Source: an uncultured virus (IMG/VR IMGVR_UViG_3300034072_000446)
Lineage: Duplodnaviria; Heunggongvirae; Uroviricota; Caudoviricetes
DNA length: 64,000 nucleotides
Virus record (IMG/VR): IMGVR_UViG_3300034072_000446
Reading direction: 5' to 3' (one strand)
The stretch's first letter is position 1. The number at the start of each line of letters is the position of its first letter. Under the pieces are notes generated by a model, which did no database searches, was not told where the DNA came from, and was given only the letters and a program-made list of their open reading frames with translations. A program made the translations under genes and the position numbers. Shown in pieces: positions 1-10,546 of this stretch.

Positions 1-260
1 TGATGATCTGAGTCGCGGCGGTTACTGATGGAAGCGGTGAGCAACCTACGCCGAGCAAAATAACGGGTTTAGAAAAAACCACGCCCGAACCCCACAGGTA
101 GGTTCCTTGGGGCGCATAAATGGTGCCACCCGTTTCTGGTAGCGCATCATGGGCCGCCTGAAAGGCTGGCGCATCGTCTGCGACACCATCCCCAACAGCG
201 CCGAAATCTTTGACACTAACAGTTTCCCGCAACTTATCTTGCACCGTGCGAGCAATTGTT
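1..260 (+). repeat. Copy 1 of tailspike segment shared with 46115-46374
   Basis: Exact match for 127 nt, substitutions at 128, 183 and 197, then denser, mostly synonymous changes. Confidence 0.95.
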
Positions 261-409
261 CCGATAGTCGCTTGAATAAACCCTACAAGCGACGAGCCTT
301 TGCCTGCCGTAGTAGACGCAAGATCAGCCTTAGAGGTATATCGCGGATCGCCCCATTTTTGCATAGTGGCGTCAAAAGTTGTAGAATCGTAAAGTTTTCT
401 ATCTGCCAT
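1..409 (-). CDS. Tailspike of phage 1, N-terminal part (runs off the window start; continues in 46114-44976 if circular)
   Basis: Not in the ORF track. ATG at 409 overlaps the upstream TAA. Reads [12 protein letters not shown]...[53 protein letters not shown], in frame with the 655-aa tailspike. Confidence 0.85.
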   Translation of the reverse strand, partial: MADRKLYDSTTFDATMQKWGDPRYTSKADLASTTAGKGSSLVGFIQATIGTIARTVQDKLRETVSVKDFGAVGDGVADDAPAFQAAHDALPETGGTIYAPQGTYLWGSGVVFSKPVILLGVGCSPLPSVTAATQII

Positions 410-1194
410 TACCAAGGGTATCCTTTGTTAAATGCTCCTTGTGGGTCGTACATTCCATAACGATTCCCCCAAAGATAGCGGTCGTTTGCCGTACGAGGAA
501 GCCGTATAAGCGCGTCCTCAGAATGAACTTCAATAGTGTTGTGGTATCGCGCTCTAAACTGCGAACGAGACCGTTTGTAAATCTCCGCTGTCTGTGCATC
601 CATAGCCACACCATAAGACGGGTTGATACGCATCGCCAGCATAGTGACAAACATATCATCAAACTCAGTTGGGAACGGAGACTCGTCTGTAAGAATAAGC
701 GGTACAGCGCGGACCCAGTCACCAAGGTCTTCTCGAAAGAACCACTCACGGTCTATGCCATCGGTTGCGATAGTAATAGAAGGAGACCCTTCAATATTTC
801 TGCCGTTACCGTGAAGTACTACGTTGTAAGTAGCGGTGTTGCCGCTTACATCACAAACACCTAGCCGAGAACCGTCCTCAGGAACAGGGTTAAGATAAAT
901 GTCTGCAGCCTCTTCAAGATTTAGCATGAGGCGCGTATTCAGAGGAACAAACCAATCAAAACTAGGAACAGTTCCTGACCAAGGGTATCCTGAAGGTCGA
1001 CTAATATTATGACGACCGATAGGAAAAGGTTGTAGATTTTCACCTGCCTCATTTCCTAGCACAGAGGCTACGATACGATTATAATACCGTAGCCCCTCTG
1101 CAAGTTGCGCGCCTGTAGGAGTTGCACCAATAGCAAGCAGGTTACTCTGCCTGTAGGCGTCAGTAATAATTTGAGTAACCGTGGTCATTTTCAC
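409..1194 (-). CDS. Head-tail adaptor / P22 gp4-like DNA stabilization protein
   Basis: N-terminal [21 protein letters not shown] and [10 protein letters not shown] pattern; position between capsid and tail genes. Confidence 0.6.
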   Translation of the reverse strand: MKMTTVTQIITDAYRQSNLLAIGATPTGAQLAEGLRYYNRIVASVLGNEAGENLQPFPIGRHNISRPSGYPWSGTVPSFDWFVPLNTRLMLNLEEAADIYLNPVPEDGSRLGVCDVSGNTATYNVVLHGNGRNIEGSPSITIATDGIDREWFFREDLGDWVRAVPLILTDESPFPTEFDDMFVTMLAMRINPSYGVAMDAQTAEIYKRSRSQFRARYHNTIEVHSEDALIRLPRTANDRYLWGNRYGMYDPQGAFNKGYPW

Positions 1195-1216
1195 TCCCTA
1201 CATTAATGTTAAGTAT

Positions 1217-3760
1217 TTAAGTCCAAGCTGAGCCTGAAACAAGTGTAACTGCCGAAGACCCCACAGGATTGTGAACCCCGCCCGATCCTCGGTTAAGACC
1301 TGCATTCCATTGTGTGTCATTACCTACAAGGAAGATAACAGGTTGTGCACCAGTCGGTCCAGTGCCGTTAGTACCTATAGCGCTCGGACTAAACTTGGCC
1401 CTGTTAGTTGCGTCAGTAAGGTCGACACGGGCTGCGATATTGAGGTAAAACGCCCCAATTTCTATATTATTACCCGTTGCAGGTCCGAACTGATAAGCGT
1501 TAATCGACGCACTATAACTAACAACTTGTCCGCCTGTGCCCCAAGTAGCCGCTGAGTTACTATCTGAAAGACCATCAACGAACAAACTGCGCCCAGCACT
1601 TTCTACCGTTTGTGAAGTATCGAATGATGCAAGAATATCGTGATAATTGCCATCACACACATTCATATTGCTTTCTATACGCCAGAGCTGTGAAGTTCCG
1701 TTGTATAGGTTAATACGCAGTTTGCCAGTCGTTCCTACAACCTGAACCTGTATTCTAGCCGTACCTGAAGACGCGCCGAAAATTGTCTGGACTGCTGCAG
1801 GAGGCGACGCCATTTTAAACCGAGTAAGAGCAATTGTACCAACATTAGAATCAGCCCCCAGCGAACCAGAAGCTCGCCTGAATAGATCAGGCGTCGCTGA
1901 ATCCATTGCGACAATAGGATAGGTAGCTGCATCCGCTGTTTGAACTTGCCATGACGCAGTATCTGATCCAATAACAACCGTCGCAGTAACACTGCCCAAC
2001 GAAGTTGCACTAGAGGTTAGACGCAATTGCATAAACCTTCCGTGTGCAATACTTCCTGGAGAGCCTACCGTCGGGATACTTGCCCAAGCTGTCGCATTGG
2101 TTCCCAAATGGTCGTCTGCTGTACGATACTCGCAATTGGTTCCATAAAGTGAACGAGTTTGGAAGCCAGCGTGTACATATGACCATTCTGTTGTTGTTAA
2201 AGTAGACGGAGTGATTCCTGTTTTATTACGCCACCCGACCCTACTCGGCATTTGTCCCCAATTGCTTTCGTTTGCCCAATAACTCCTATATGCTGCGCTA
2301 GTTGTAACACCTGCAGGTATCGGATTAGCTGATGCATAAGCAGTTTTAATAGAATTGACTTGAGCAATCCAATCATCAACACTACTGGTTTCCCAAGCCT
2401 GTGTCCAAGTGAGTCCGCCTCTTGGATCAAAATATCCTGAATACCCATCTACTACAGTAAATGGACCACCCACGTAAATGTCATTCGAAAGCAGAGAAGC
2501 GTCTGGAAGAACCCCTTCTGTAATATTATTGTTGCTGTAGTTAACAGCTCCGGCTGAAAATGTTTCGTCAGCCTTAATATCAATGTTAATCCTGTCGGGA
2601 TTAGCATCATTTGCTGCACCAGCAGGTGCCCCGTTGTTATTATTCTGAAGAGGGCCGTTATACGCAAGGTTTGCAAGAAGAATGTTCTTTTCGACCATTG
2701 CCCATACAGCACCAGATACTCCACTATCGGGGGCGTTTAGTGTTACGCCCTTTCCGCTCCATCTCGACAACATAAGATTGCCATACACGGTAGGTGCGTA
2801 GAAAGGATATCCTATGTAAACGTCTGAAGCAAAAAGCCGCTGACATGACCCTCGACAGCCGGGACGCATATAGGTAACATTCCCAATAAGCATCAAAGGA
2901 ATTTTGTACAGGTACTGAGAAGCGCCATCCTGTCCGTAGAACTGGAAAAAGTCGCTATGTGGATTGCCATGATCCTGTGGCTGAGAAAACCCGTCTGCTA
3001 CTTCATTACCAACAACCTTAATATAGTCTACTGCAGCAGTCCCTGCTTCCATACCAACAACAATAAAGTCTTGATAACATCTATAAACTTTATTATTTCT
3101 TATAGTAACACTTCCACTGCCTGCGTACCCGAATTTAATACCTTCGCAACAATCAGTAACAAGATTGTTTTCAATAACAATGCTGCCAGTTATAGCACCA
3201 GAACGGCCAATCCCAATCCAAAGGTCGGCTTGGTACGGGTTGTAAGCCGTACCAACATTATCTAGATACGTGCTGTCTGCGCCCAACCCTCCCATTCTAG
3301 TAAGATCAGTAACGGTTGGATCAAAGTCCAACATGCTATTCCAAGGATTGCCTCCTCGTATCCAACTATTCCGCAGAGTAAACCCTGAAAGATTTCCTTG
3401 CAGCGATACTAGGCGAGGGTTATTAGCAAGATTGCGCAAAGCTGTGTCACTAACAGAAGCCAGAGTCGTCGGCTGTACGTGTATTCCGTCGATAGTCGTT
3501 CCGGAACATCCATTAAAAATAATAGATTGAATAGTGTGGCCGGCTAGACTTTTGCCTCGAATAGTTATATTTTGTTTAGTAACAGTTAGGTTAGTAAAAG
3601 AGCCGGTATCTCCAAGTTCAATAATTTGACCTGAAGTTGCTGCAGTTTGAGCAGTGTTAAAATCAGCATCATTCAAGACAACATAATCTGCAGGAGGCAA
3701 TGGCGTTACTCCTCCGCCTCCTCGCTGACTTGGTTGATTAACAAAAAAAGATAAAAGCAT
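1217..3760 (-). CDS. Fibre/depolymerase: beta-helix (pectin-lyase-like) domain plus probable ConA/LamG-like C-terminal domain
   Basis: 847 aa, G/S/T/N-rich, repeated IxNNxV beta-helix turns, HSDFFQ motif, DGNYHDILASFD segment. Confidence 0.65.
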   Translation of the reverse strand: MLLSFFVNQPSQRGGGGVTPLPPADYVVLNDADFNTAQTAATSGQIIELGDTGSFTNLTVTKQNITIRGKSLAGHTIQSIIFNGCSGTTIDGIHVQPTTLASVSDTALRNLANNPRLVSLQGNLSGFTLRNSWIRGGNPWNSMLDFDPTVTDLTRMGGLGADSTYLDNVGTAYNPYQADLWIGIGRSGAITGSIVIENNLVTDCCEGIKFGYAGSGSVTIRNNKVYRCYQDFIVVGMEAGTAAVDYIKVVGNEVADGFSQPQDHGNPHSDFFQFYGQDGASQYLYKIPLMLIGNVTYMRPGCRGSCQRLFASDVYIGYPFYAPTVYGNLMLSRWSGKGVTLNAPDSGVSGAVWAMVEKNILLANLAYNGPLQNNNNGAPAGAANDANPDRINIDIKADETFSAGAVNYSNNNITEGVLPDASLLSNDIYVGGPFTVVDGYSGYFDPRGGLTWTQAWETSSVDDWIAQVNSIKTAYASANPIPAGVTTSAAYRSYWANESNWGQMPSRVGWRNKTGITPSTLTTTEWSYVHAGFQTRSLYGTNCEYRTADDHLGTNATAWASIPTVGSPGSIAHGRFMQLRLTSSATSLGSVTATVVIGSDTASWQVQTADAATYPIVAMDSATPDLFRRASGSLGADSNVGTIALTRFKMASPPAAVQTIFGASSGTARIQVQVVGTTGKLRINLYNGTSQLWRIESNMNVCDGNYHDILASFDTSQTVESAGRSLFVDGLSDSNSAATWGTGGQVVSYSASINAYQFGPATGNNIEIGAFYLNIAARVDLTDATNRAKFSPSAIGTNGTGPTGAQPVIFLVGNDTQWNAGLNRGSGGVHNPVGSSAVTLVSGSAWT

Positions 3761-3771
3761 TAAACCTCCTA

Positions 3772-4023
3772 TTAAACAAGGAGGGTGCCTGCAGCCCCAC
3801 CTGAAAGAGTAATTACACCACCATTATTGCCTATGAAAATTGGGATAGGATGAAAAACCCCAGCGGTAACAGGAAAAGACGATAGAATCGCATTACTGTT
3901 ATTATCAGTAATTGAAAGAGTCCCGCTTACTGTGCAAATAAACCCTCCCACAGAAGGCCCTGCTAACTTGAAAGTCGCATTGGCGGCCATAATATTAGGG
4001 GAATAACGTTCTTTGACGATCAT
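3772..4023 (-). CDS. Small virion protein
   Basis: 83-aa beta-rich ORF with AAGGAGG RBS, directly after the capsid gene. Confidence 0.6.
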   Translation of the reverse strand: MIVKERYSPNIMAANATFKLAGPSVGGFICTVSGTLSITDNNSNAILSSFPVTAGVFHPIPIFIGNNGGVITLSGGAAGTLLV

Positions 4024-4037
4024 TAGCCGCCTCCTTT

Positions 4038-4071
4038 ATAAGAAGTGGGGACATGCTAAGCAGAGGTCCCC
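4038..4071 (-). terminator. Hairpin / weak intrinsic terminator after capsid gene
   Basis: GGGGAC...GTCCCC stem (4047-4052/4066-4071) followed on the minus strand by ACTTCTT. Confidence 0.5.
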
Positions 4072-4079
4072 GAGTATTA

Positions 4080-5381
4080 TTACTGACCGTTGATACGAAC
4101 CAGACGGCGGCGGTCTCGTACGTTAGCGCTAAGCACCACGTCGAATCGTACGTCATGCGCACCGGTTGCGAAGTTGGAGTTCTTCCACATACGAACCGAA
4201 AGAGGAACCTTCGTGAGGCTCTTGCGCATACCGACACCGGTTGCAGGCATGATCAGATCAGCCGTGTTAACCTGAATCGCGTCCTTAGCCAGAACCACAC
4301 GAGGCTTAACCGAGGCCGAGGCCGAAGTCCACCAAGTGATAACAGCGTTGTCTGCCGGAGCAGCCGTAACCGTTGCATGTGCGGTGTTGACATTGACATC
4401 ACCACCCGAACCCGAACCGGGGACCACAAGCGCCGGGAAGATACGAAGCGAAGCAATAGCGCCCGTACCATCGGCCGTATGATCACCAACAACACGGAAC
4501 TGCTGCAGACGGCCCAGCGATGCACCAAGACGGTTATCATAGGCGTTTACACCAGCGATGGTAAACACTTCACCATCCTTGATCGTTGCGTTGGCACCGA
4601 AACCGTCAGCCGCAATGGTCTGAGTCAGATAGCGACCCGGAGCCGAGCTAACAGCAACATCCTTATAGTTGACACCTTGGTTGGCACCATTGACAGCACC
4701 ATTCGTACGCGTACCTGTGATAAGCGTCGGAAGCTGTTGGGTGAACATGGTAGGAATGCCACCAACCTTGCCGGTGAAGCCTTCACGGTAGATACCCGAA
4801 GCAATATCGTCAAGAGCAGGCAGGCCAACGATGTTCGAGGCAAGAGCCGCCTGATCGCCGTAAGTAAGTACGGCACGAAGATCAGTATCCGAAACACCTT
4901 CTTCCTTCAGGCGGACATAACCCGCGGTGAAGTCGTCGAGCGAGTCAATCGCGTTGCCTGCCGTACCGACAGAGTTATTGGCTGCGAGAGCCACCGTACG
5001 GAGGATATAAGCATCGATCTTTTCGGCAAGGTTCGTAGCAGCGTTGGTAATAGCTTCCGATTCACGGGCTTCACCGATGTCACGAATCTTGACGAAGTCG
5101 CCCCAGCCCATGCTGGAACCGAACACCTGATCAACCTTGAACTGCTCGGAACCGAACACGGTGTCCTGCGTACCCGAAGACAGGTCCTGCACGCCAGAGG
5201 TCGTCTGGGTAACAGTGTAACGGGGGCCGACCTGTTCAACAACAGTCAGGCCGTTACGGTCATTCATTTCGTTATCGTACTTGCGCCAAGTCACAAGGTC
5301 CTTGGCAATGAGGTTATTCTGAAAAGTCGCGGCAAAGGCGTTAAGAACGAGTTTTGCCTGATCGACAGTCACTGCTGGCAT
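4080..5381 (-). CDS. Major capsid protein, P22 coat-like
   Basis: 433 aa following portal and scaffold; GEVFTIAGVNA and VRFDVV motifs of the P22 gp5 family; strongly biased codon usage. Confidence 0.85.
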   Translation of the reverse strand: MPAVTVDQAKLVLNAFAATFQNNLIAKDLVTWRKYDNEMNDRNGLTVVEQVGPRYTVTQTTSGVQDLSSGTQDTVFGSEQFKVDQVFGSSMGWGDFVKIRDIGEARESEAITNAATNLAEKIDAYILRTVALAANNSVGTAGNAIDSLDDFTAGYVRLKEEGVSDTDLRAVLTYGDQAALASNIVGLPALDDIASGIYREGFTGKVGGIPTMFTQQLPTLITGTRTNGAVNGANQGVNYKDVAVSSAPGRYLTQTIAADGFGANATIKDGEVFTIAGVNAYDNRLGASLGRLQQFRVVGDHTADGTGAIASLRIFPALVVPGSGSGGDVNVNTAHATVTAAPADNAVITWWTSASASVKPRVVLAKDAIQVNTADLIMPATGVGMRKSLTKVPLSVRMWKNSNFATGAHDVRFDVVLSANVRDRRRLVRINGQ

Positions 5382-5398
5382 TTTATATTTCCTTTATA

Positions 5399-6388
5399 TT
5401 AAAAGCGTCGCTTCTTAAAGAAAGCTTTCTCAAACGCTTCAAGATCATCGGTATCAGGTGCAATGTCCTTAGCCGGAGAGTTACCTCGATTGAGTTGCTC
5501 CGGAGGCTGTGGGGCATTTGACACCTTAAGCTTCTTTTCCTTCTTCTCTTCTTCAAACGTAGAGAATCGGGCCTCGATCTGATAGAGCTTGCGGAGAGCG
5601 GCCTGCGGGCTACTGTTCACAATATCTTCTGCGATCTTGGGATTACTAGCAAGATGATAAAAGACATCAGTTCCATTTTCCATGGTCATGATCGTCTCGG
5701 CAAGGAAGTCACCGTATACAGGGTCAATGTCTTGTACAACTTCAGCAAGGTCTGCGACCTTCTCCTGATAGTCAGGATAACGTTCCTGCGACGACTGTAC
5801 CTTTTCTGACCATTCCTGAGCAAGCTGAGCCTTCTCAAGATTCTTGGCTTCTTCTGCTGCCTGTCGAGCTGCTTCTTCCTTCTGCGCTTCTGCTTCCGCC
5901 CTGATAGTGTAACGCGTCAGGTCACGAATGTATGCGGGATCGAACTCGCCCAGAGGGTACTTAGGTTCACCATTTTCGTCTGCTTCGTCAGGCTGAGGAG
6001 CAGCGTCCTTTGGTGTTTCAGCAGGCTTGACTTCATCAGTCTTACCTTCCAGCTTTGCCAGAGTCTCGTTAAGCTTCTGGAGAAGATCGTCCTTCTCACG
6101 TTCAGCAGCCCGAGCTTTCTCTGTAAGCTGGTCAATACGTTCCTGAAAGCGACTCTTTTTAGGTTTAGGCTGCTCGTCTTCATCGTTGTCAGCTTCTTCC
6201 TGTTCGTCAGTTTCAGCCGGAGTATGTTCCGGTTCCACCTCCTCTTCTGCAAGTTCTTCTGTTTCCTCATTTTCTACTACCGTGGCCTCGGCATCTTCGA
6301 TATCAGGCTTAGTATGGCCGTACATAAGCTGTTCGAAAGCGTTGAGGTCGTCAGTGTCTGCAGCGATTTCAGTGTTAGTGTCTGTCAT
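5399..6388 (-). CDS. Scaffolding protein
   Basis: Acidic and helical, KSRFQERIDQLT motif, located between portal and capsid. Confidence 0.8.
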   Translation of the reverse strand: MTDTNTEIAADTDDLNAFEQLMYGHTKPDIEDAEATVVENEETEELAEEEVEPEHTPAETDEQEEADNDEDEQPKPKKSRFQERIDQLTEKARAAEREKDDLLQKLNETLAKLEGKTDEVKPAETPKDAAPQPDEADENGEPKYPLGEFDPAYIRDLTRYTIRAEAEAQKEEAARQAAEEAKNLEKAQLAQEWSEKVQSSQERYPDYQEKVADLAEVVQDIDPVYGDFLAETIMTMENGTDVFYHLASNPKIAEDIVNSSPQAALRKLYQIEARFSTFEEEKKEKKLKVSNAPQPPEQLNRGNSPAKDIAPDTDDLEAFEKAFFKKRRF

Positions 6389-6403
6389 AGGTTTTAACGG
6401 TCC

Positions 6404-8485
6404 TTATACCGAAGCCGACTTTGATTGCGTCTTTTGCTGAGCAGTGTCGGTTTTCTGCTGAGCTGACGAGAGTTTAACTGAGTGATCAAGGATGCCCTTA
6501 ATAGCATCCATTTCCATTTGATTGTTATCGACCTCATGGTCAGACAACGCTCTAATACGTTGAGTTTCCGCATTGTAAGCATCAACAATTAGCTTCTTCT
6601 CTTCGATGGTCATATCAGCCTTAAGAGACTGGTTTTCCAACATGAGCTTCTGCAATTGTTCCTGCATCTTCTGAAGCATCTCAGGATCAGGCGGGGGAGA
6701 ACCGCCACCTTCTTCACCCGGCTCAAGGAACTGCGGAGGAATGGTCTTCTTAAGACGATCAGCAAGTTTGTCTGCTCCCGGCCAATCCTGAGCCTTAGCG
6801 ATGATATCGCCAGCGACCTGAATAAGCTGAGGCCAAACCTGAATAGCTTCCATCATCGACTGAGCGGCTTCCACCCTGCGGGTAGTATAGCTGGTGCCAG
6901 ACGTAATGGCGACATCGTAGTTGCCAATCGAAAGATCAGGAGACTCAGGATCATTAGGGTCGTTAATACGAGCAAACTTAACAGCCTCGTCTTCACCAAT
7001 AATCCGTACGATACGAGTACCGTCGTACACCTGAGAGATAAGCTGATTAGTAACGTCACCTGCCTCAAGGACCGCAGCATTGCCGTGATCGTAGTAGGTA
7101 ATCGAAGCAACGTCACCTTCACGCTGTCGAGCCTGAATAGCGCGACCAGAGGTTTCATTGCTCTTGATACCCAACGAAGCATCGTGAATACCAGTAACGT
7201 CCTTCATATCCTGCGCATTGACATTAGCTTCATTAAGAAGCGCCATCTGCGGAGCAGGGGGATCGACACGCTCAGGCGGAGCGGTAGCGTCATCATTATA
7301 GATAAGCAAAGGATCACGAGTAAGGTGTGCCTTGCGGAACTGGTCCTCACGGCCCTCTACGGCGCTCTCAGGAGCAATCCACTGAGCCTTGGGGGCATAC
7401 CCTAGCTGCTCTGCTGCAACGCTTCTCCAGAAGTTCTTGAGGCGTACAGCGTCCTTCATAAAGCGGACAAGACCGTAGCGGACTCGACGACCGTTAACAT
7501 TAACGACTCGGCCAGACATACGTATAATCGGAACGCGATTAAGCATGTACTCATACGGACCACTAAGAATGCTAAAACCTGTTACAAGGTGCATCTGGGC
7601 ATACGTACAAGGAGCGACACGCGACTTAACCGGTTGGCCGTTCTCAGCAATCAGTTCATCAAAGTTGTCCTTATCGATGAACTTAGTCTTGCCATTCTCA
7701 AACAGGCAGAGCAGGCGGTCTCGTTCGATCATTCGCCAGTATTCGGTTACTCGGTAGCCTTCATCGTTGATCCAGCCACCAGAGTAAAGCGAGGTATAAT
7801 TGTCAGAAGTCAACGTCGATGGATCAGACTTAGGCCACTTGCGTTCAAATTCCTTCTTGCTAATACGGTCATCAACAAAGACATGCCTAGCATCACGACC
7901 CGTTGGGTCGATAGAGAACCTATCCCAGATAACTGCAAGAGCGTCGTCAATCGGCTCAAGAGTGATTTCCTGATCGAAGGCGTCTGTACGTGCGTATCGA
8001 ACCGCTACTCGGAATGCGCCGTCACCACAAGTGACCATGCTCTCAAATGCATTGTTGAACACACGGTCGCTACGAGACTTAGTCTGGATAGCTCGAATAA
8101 GGTCCCCGCGAACAGATGCAATATCAGTATCGCCATCTTCAGCCGGCAGGACCTTAATCCCATTTTTATTCTGTCGCCAATCTCCTACGAGCTGAGCCAC
8201 AAACTGAGGAACGGAATTGATAACAAGGCAAGGGAGGCCCTTACGATGTTGAAGAACAATAGGGTCCCACTGCTCACCAGCCGCAAACTTCTTGTCATCA
8301 AGGGCGGCCTCCCGGTTCATACGATCAGCATCTAGGTCGAGCTGATACTCTTCTCGCATTTCCTCAAGGAAGTCTTCAACAGAGTCAAAGCCCTCGGGGA
8401 CGTAATTTTTCTTTACATCATCTTCGTACTCAAGCGTATCAACGCCCCGAGCTTCTTCGTTCTGAGTTTCTTCCATATTATCCAA
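6404..8485 (-). CDS. Portal protein, P22-like
   Basis: 693 aa; GEQW...PCLVIN, YGLVRFMKDA and ETSGRAIQARQ motifs. Confidence 0.9.
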   Translation of the reverse strand: MDNMEETQNEEARGVDTLEYEDDVKKNYVPEGFDSVEDFLEEMREEYQLDLDADRMNREAALDDKKFAAGEQWDPIVLQHRKGLPCLVINSVPQFVAQLVGDWRQNKNGIKVLPAEDGDTDIASVRGDLIRAIQTKSRSDRVFNNAFESMVTCGDGAFRVAVRYARTDAFDQEITLEPIDDALAVIWDRFSIDPTGRDARHVFVDDRISKKEFERKWPKSDPSTLTSDNYTSLYSGGWINDEGYRVTEYWRMIERDRLLCLFENGKTKFIDKDNFDELIAENGQPVKSRVAPCTYAQMHLVTGFSILSGPYEYMLNRVPIIRMSGRVVNVNGRRVRYGLVRFMKDAVRLKNFWRSVAAEQLGYAPKAQWIAPESAVEGREDQFRKAHLTRDPLLIYNDDATAPPERVDPPAPQMALLNEANVNAQDMKDVTGIHDASLGIKSNETSGRAIQARQREGDVASITYYDHGNAAVLEAGDVTNQLISQVYDGTRIVRIIGEDEAVKFARINDPNDPESPDLSIGNYDVAITSGTSYTTRRVEAAQSMMEAIQVWPQLIQVAGDIIAKAQDWPGADKLADRLKKTIPPQFLEPGEEGGGSPPPDPEMLQKMQEQLQKLMLENQSLKADMTIEEKKLIVDAYNAETQRIRALSDHEVDNNQMEMDAIKGILDHSVKLSSAQQKTDTAQQKTQSKSASV

Positions 8486-9890
8486 TCATCCATGAGTTAG
8501 GAGTTTCATCGTGGACAGGAGCAATATAAGTCGTAGTAGCAGCCTGTTGCTCTACTCGTCCTCGACCCCTGTTAGGATCACGTTTACGTGCAGTAATCTT
8601 ATCAAACAACTCGGTCAGTCCCCATACAAGGGCATCGACACGGTCAGGAGAACCCATTGCACTCGTACGGAAAGAGTCGATAGAGAAGATACACATCTGA
8701 TCTTCTAGCTTGTCGTGTCGTCCAACGTGGTGGATTCTTCCTTGTTCGTACAGAGCGGAAATAGGTTCTGCGCGTACAACCTTGCCCCGAGAAGCGTGTA
8801 CGAGGCTAAGAGGTACGGTACGGTCCACAGCCTTAATGACTGAAGCCACCATGTCTCCACCTTGATTCTTTTCTGCAATTATGCGATCCGCAGCGTACTT
8901 ACGATAAAGCGATACAGCTTTTCTAGCCCACTCCTCAGGCGACCCTTTGAGGGAACCGTCTTCAAGGACGTAGCCCCTAGCGTACCCATCAGAATCTCGG
9001 GCGAGGGCGACAACCACGATTCCTGTTTCGTCACTTCCTTCTTCATTTGAAGTGGCAGGGTCAACTGCAACGAGGATTCGTTCAAGGTCGTCTGGGGCTT
9101 CTTTGAGTCGGTTTGCATCAATATCTTCTCTCTTCCATAGTGCACCGGGAATATCCCCAAGAATTTCACCTTCAAGCTCCTGTCGACCAAGTCGCGTACC
9201 GCCGTAGCGCTCATACAACTGTTTAACAGTATTCTTGGCGAGGTTAGCTGCGTTATCCAGAGTAGAACCATTGGTAACAACAGTGTCTGGATCAGCAACA
9301 AGCTTCTTAATAAGGGGAAGTGGGCGTGGTGTAGTAGTTACAAGGCATTGAGGGTGTTCGCCCAAACGCAGGCCAAACTGTAGCTGGTCCCATGCGTCCT
9401 GCAAGTATTCGAACTTCGCAAGCTCGTCTACCCATGCAAAGTGATGCTGAGGGCCACGAAGCTGGTCAGGAGTCGTACCATTGTAGGTAAATGCTTTAGA
9501 ACCGTTAGGCCACGTCAGACACCTATTAGTAGGAGACCAACAATCTTCATCTAGCGTAGGATCACAGTTTAAGAGTCCAGAGTCACCCTTGATCATGACG
9601 TCACGGGCGTCAGCAGCCGTCTCGGCAACTAGAGCAATTCGGCAACCGGGGTGTTTATGAGCTAATTCTCTCACCCACTCTGCACCCATCCGAGTCTTTC
9701 CGAACCCTCGACCTGCCATAACAAGCCAAGTATTCCAGTTGCCCTCGGGAGGAAGCTGGTTAGGTCGTGCCCAGAATTTCCATTCCCACTTAAGCTGAGC
9801 CTTCTCCGCGTCGGACAGGGAACTCAAGTACTTCTCCTGTTCCTCCGGCGTTTGCGAGGCGAGCCAAGCGGCTGGCGAAATCTGCTGCAT
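8478..9890 (-). CDS. terL: Terminase large subunit
   Basis: AGRGFGKT Walker A, LRGPQ..FAWVDE Walker B, TTTP motif, VAVDPA and SPDRVDA nuclease motifs. Confidence 0.95.
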   Translation of the reverse strand: MQQISPAAWLASQTPEEQEKYLSSLSDAEKAQLKWEWKFWARPNQLPPEGNWNTWLVMAGRGFGKTRMGAEWVRELAHKHPGCRIALVAETAADARDVMIKGDSGLLNCDPTLDEDCWSPTNRCLTWPNGSKAFTYNGTTPDQLRGPQHHFAWVDELAKFEYLQDAWDQLQFGLRLGEHPQCLVTTTPRPLPLIKKLVADPDTVVTNGSTLDNAANLAKNTVKQLYERYGGTRLGRQELEGEILGDIPGALWKREDIDANRLKEAPDDLERILVAVDPATSNEEGSDETGIVVVALARDSDGYARGYVLEDGSLKGSPEEWARKAVSLYRKYAADRIIAEKNQGGDMVASVIKAVDRTVPLSLVHASRGKVVRAEPISALYEQGRIHHVGRHDKLEDQMCIFSIDSFRTSAMGSPDRVDALVWGLTELFDKITARKRDPNRGRGRVEQQAATTTYIAPVHDETPNSWMIG

Positions 9891-10287
9891 CCTGTTTTAC
9901 CTTTTGTTCGTGAACAATAGCACCGCCATCCGGGCCACTGATTTCCTGCCGTTCAATAAACATCCCAAGATGCTTAGCCAGCAGTTCAAGTCCTCGGAGG
10001 GTTGCCCCATGGTTGTTATCGTCTTCTGCCTTCTCGACCGTACGAACAAGCTTACGAAGGACATATTCCTTAGTAACATTCAGTTCCTTGATCTTCTTGG
10101 CAGTCAGTTCATCAATAGCCTTCTTGATATGAGGCTTTGCCTTCAACTCAGACGCTACTTTATTAAGGTTATTTCCCTTGTAACCAGCCTGTCGGGCTGC
10201 TTCAGTAAGATTGCCATCCGAGGAGACATACGCCTCAACAAAAAGCTTTTGCTTTAGAGTTAGCTCTCTGTCTTCAATCGGTCGCAT
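9790..10287 (-). CDS. terS: Terminase small subunit
   Basis: LTLKQKLFVEAY...TEAARQAGY and LELLAKHLGMF motifs. Confidence 0.9.
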   Translation of the reverse strand: MRPIEDRELTLKQKLFVEAYVSSDGNLTEAARQAGYKGNNLNKVASELKAKPHIKKAIDELTAKKIKELNVTKEYVLRKLVRTVEKAEDDNNHGATLRGLELLAKHLGMFIERQEISGPDGGAIVHEQKVKQDAADFASRLARLANAGGTGEVLEFPVRRGEGSA

Positions 10288-10546
10288 TCTTCTTCCCTGC
10301 GGTCTTCGTACGGGGATAAGACCTATTTTCTGTCTTACTGCCCATCTTCAGGTTGCTCTTGGAGTTATCAATCGGGTTCCCATTTTTATGCATGACATCC
10401 TTACCATCACCCTTACGAGCCTTACCTGCTTTAATCATTTCTCGACGAGCTGCATTCCTAGCAGCCCTGCGCTTGATTTGTTCGGGTTTTGCATTATAAC
10501 GTTTTTGAGCTGCCTGACGAGCTTTAGTATTTTTAAGTGTCACCAT
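10274..10546 (-). CDS. Small HNH-like protein upstream of terminase
   Basis: KGDGKDVMHKNGNPIDNSKSNL...NRS motif. Confidence 0.7.
   Translation of the reverse strand: MVTLKNTKARQAAQKRYNAKPEQIKRRAARNAARREMIKAGKARKGDGKDVMHKNGNPIDNSKSNLKMGSKTENRSYPRTKTAGKKNATD

Noticed and set aside
1..260. Diversity-generating retroelement TR/VR pair (repeat with 46115-46374 in a BPP-1-like fibre gene)
   Set aside because: The differences are mostly synonymous and not adenine-restricted, both copies are coding, the repeat is not at the fibre C-terminus, and no reverse transcriptase is present in the window.
4053..5402. 449-aa plus-strand ORF, and similar ORFs such as 6656-7405 and 7589-8335
   Set aside because: Antisense shadows of the capsid and portal genes caused by codon bias.
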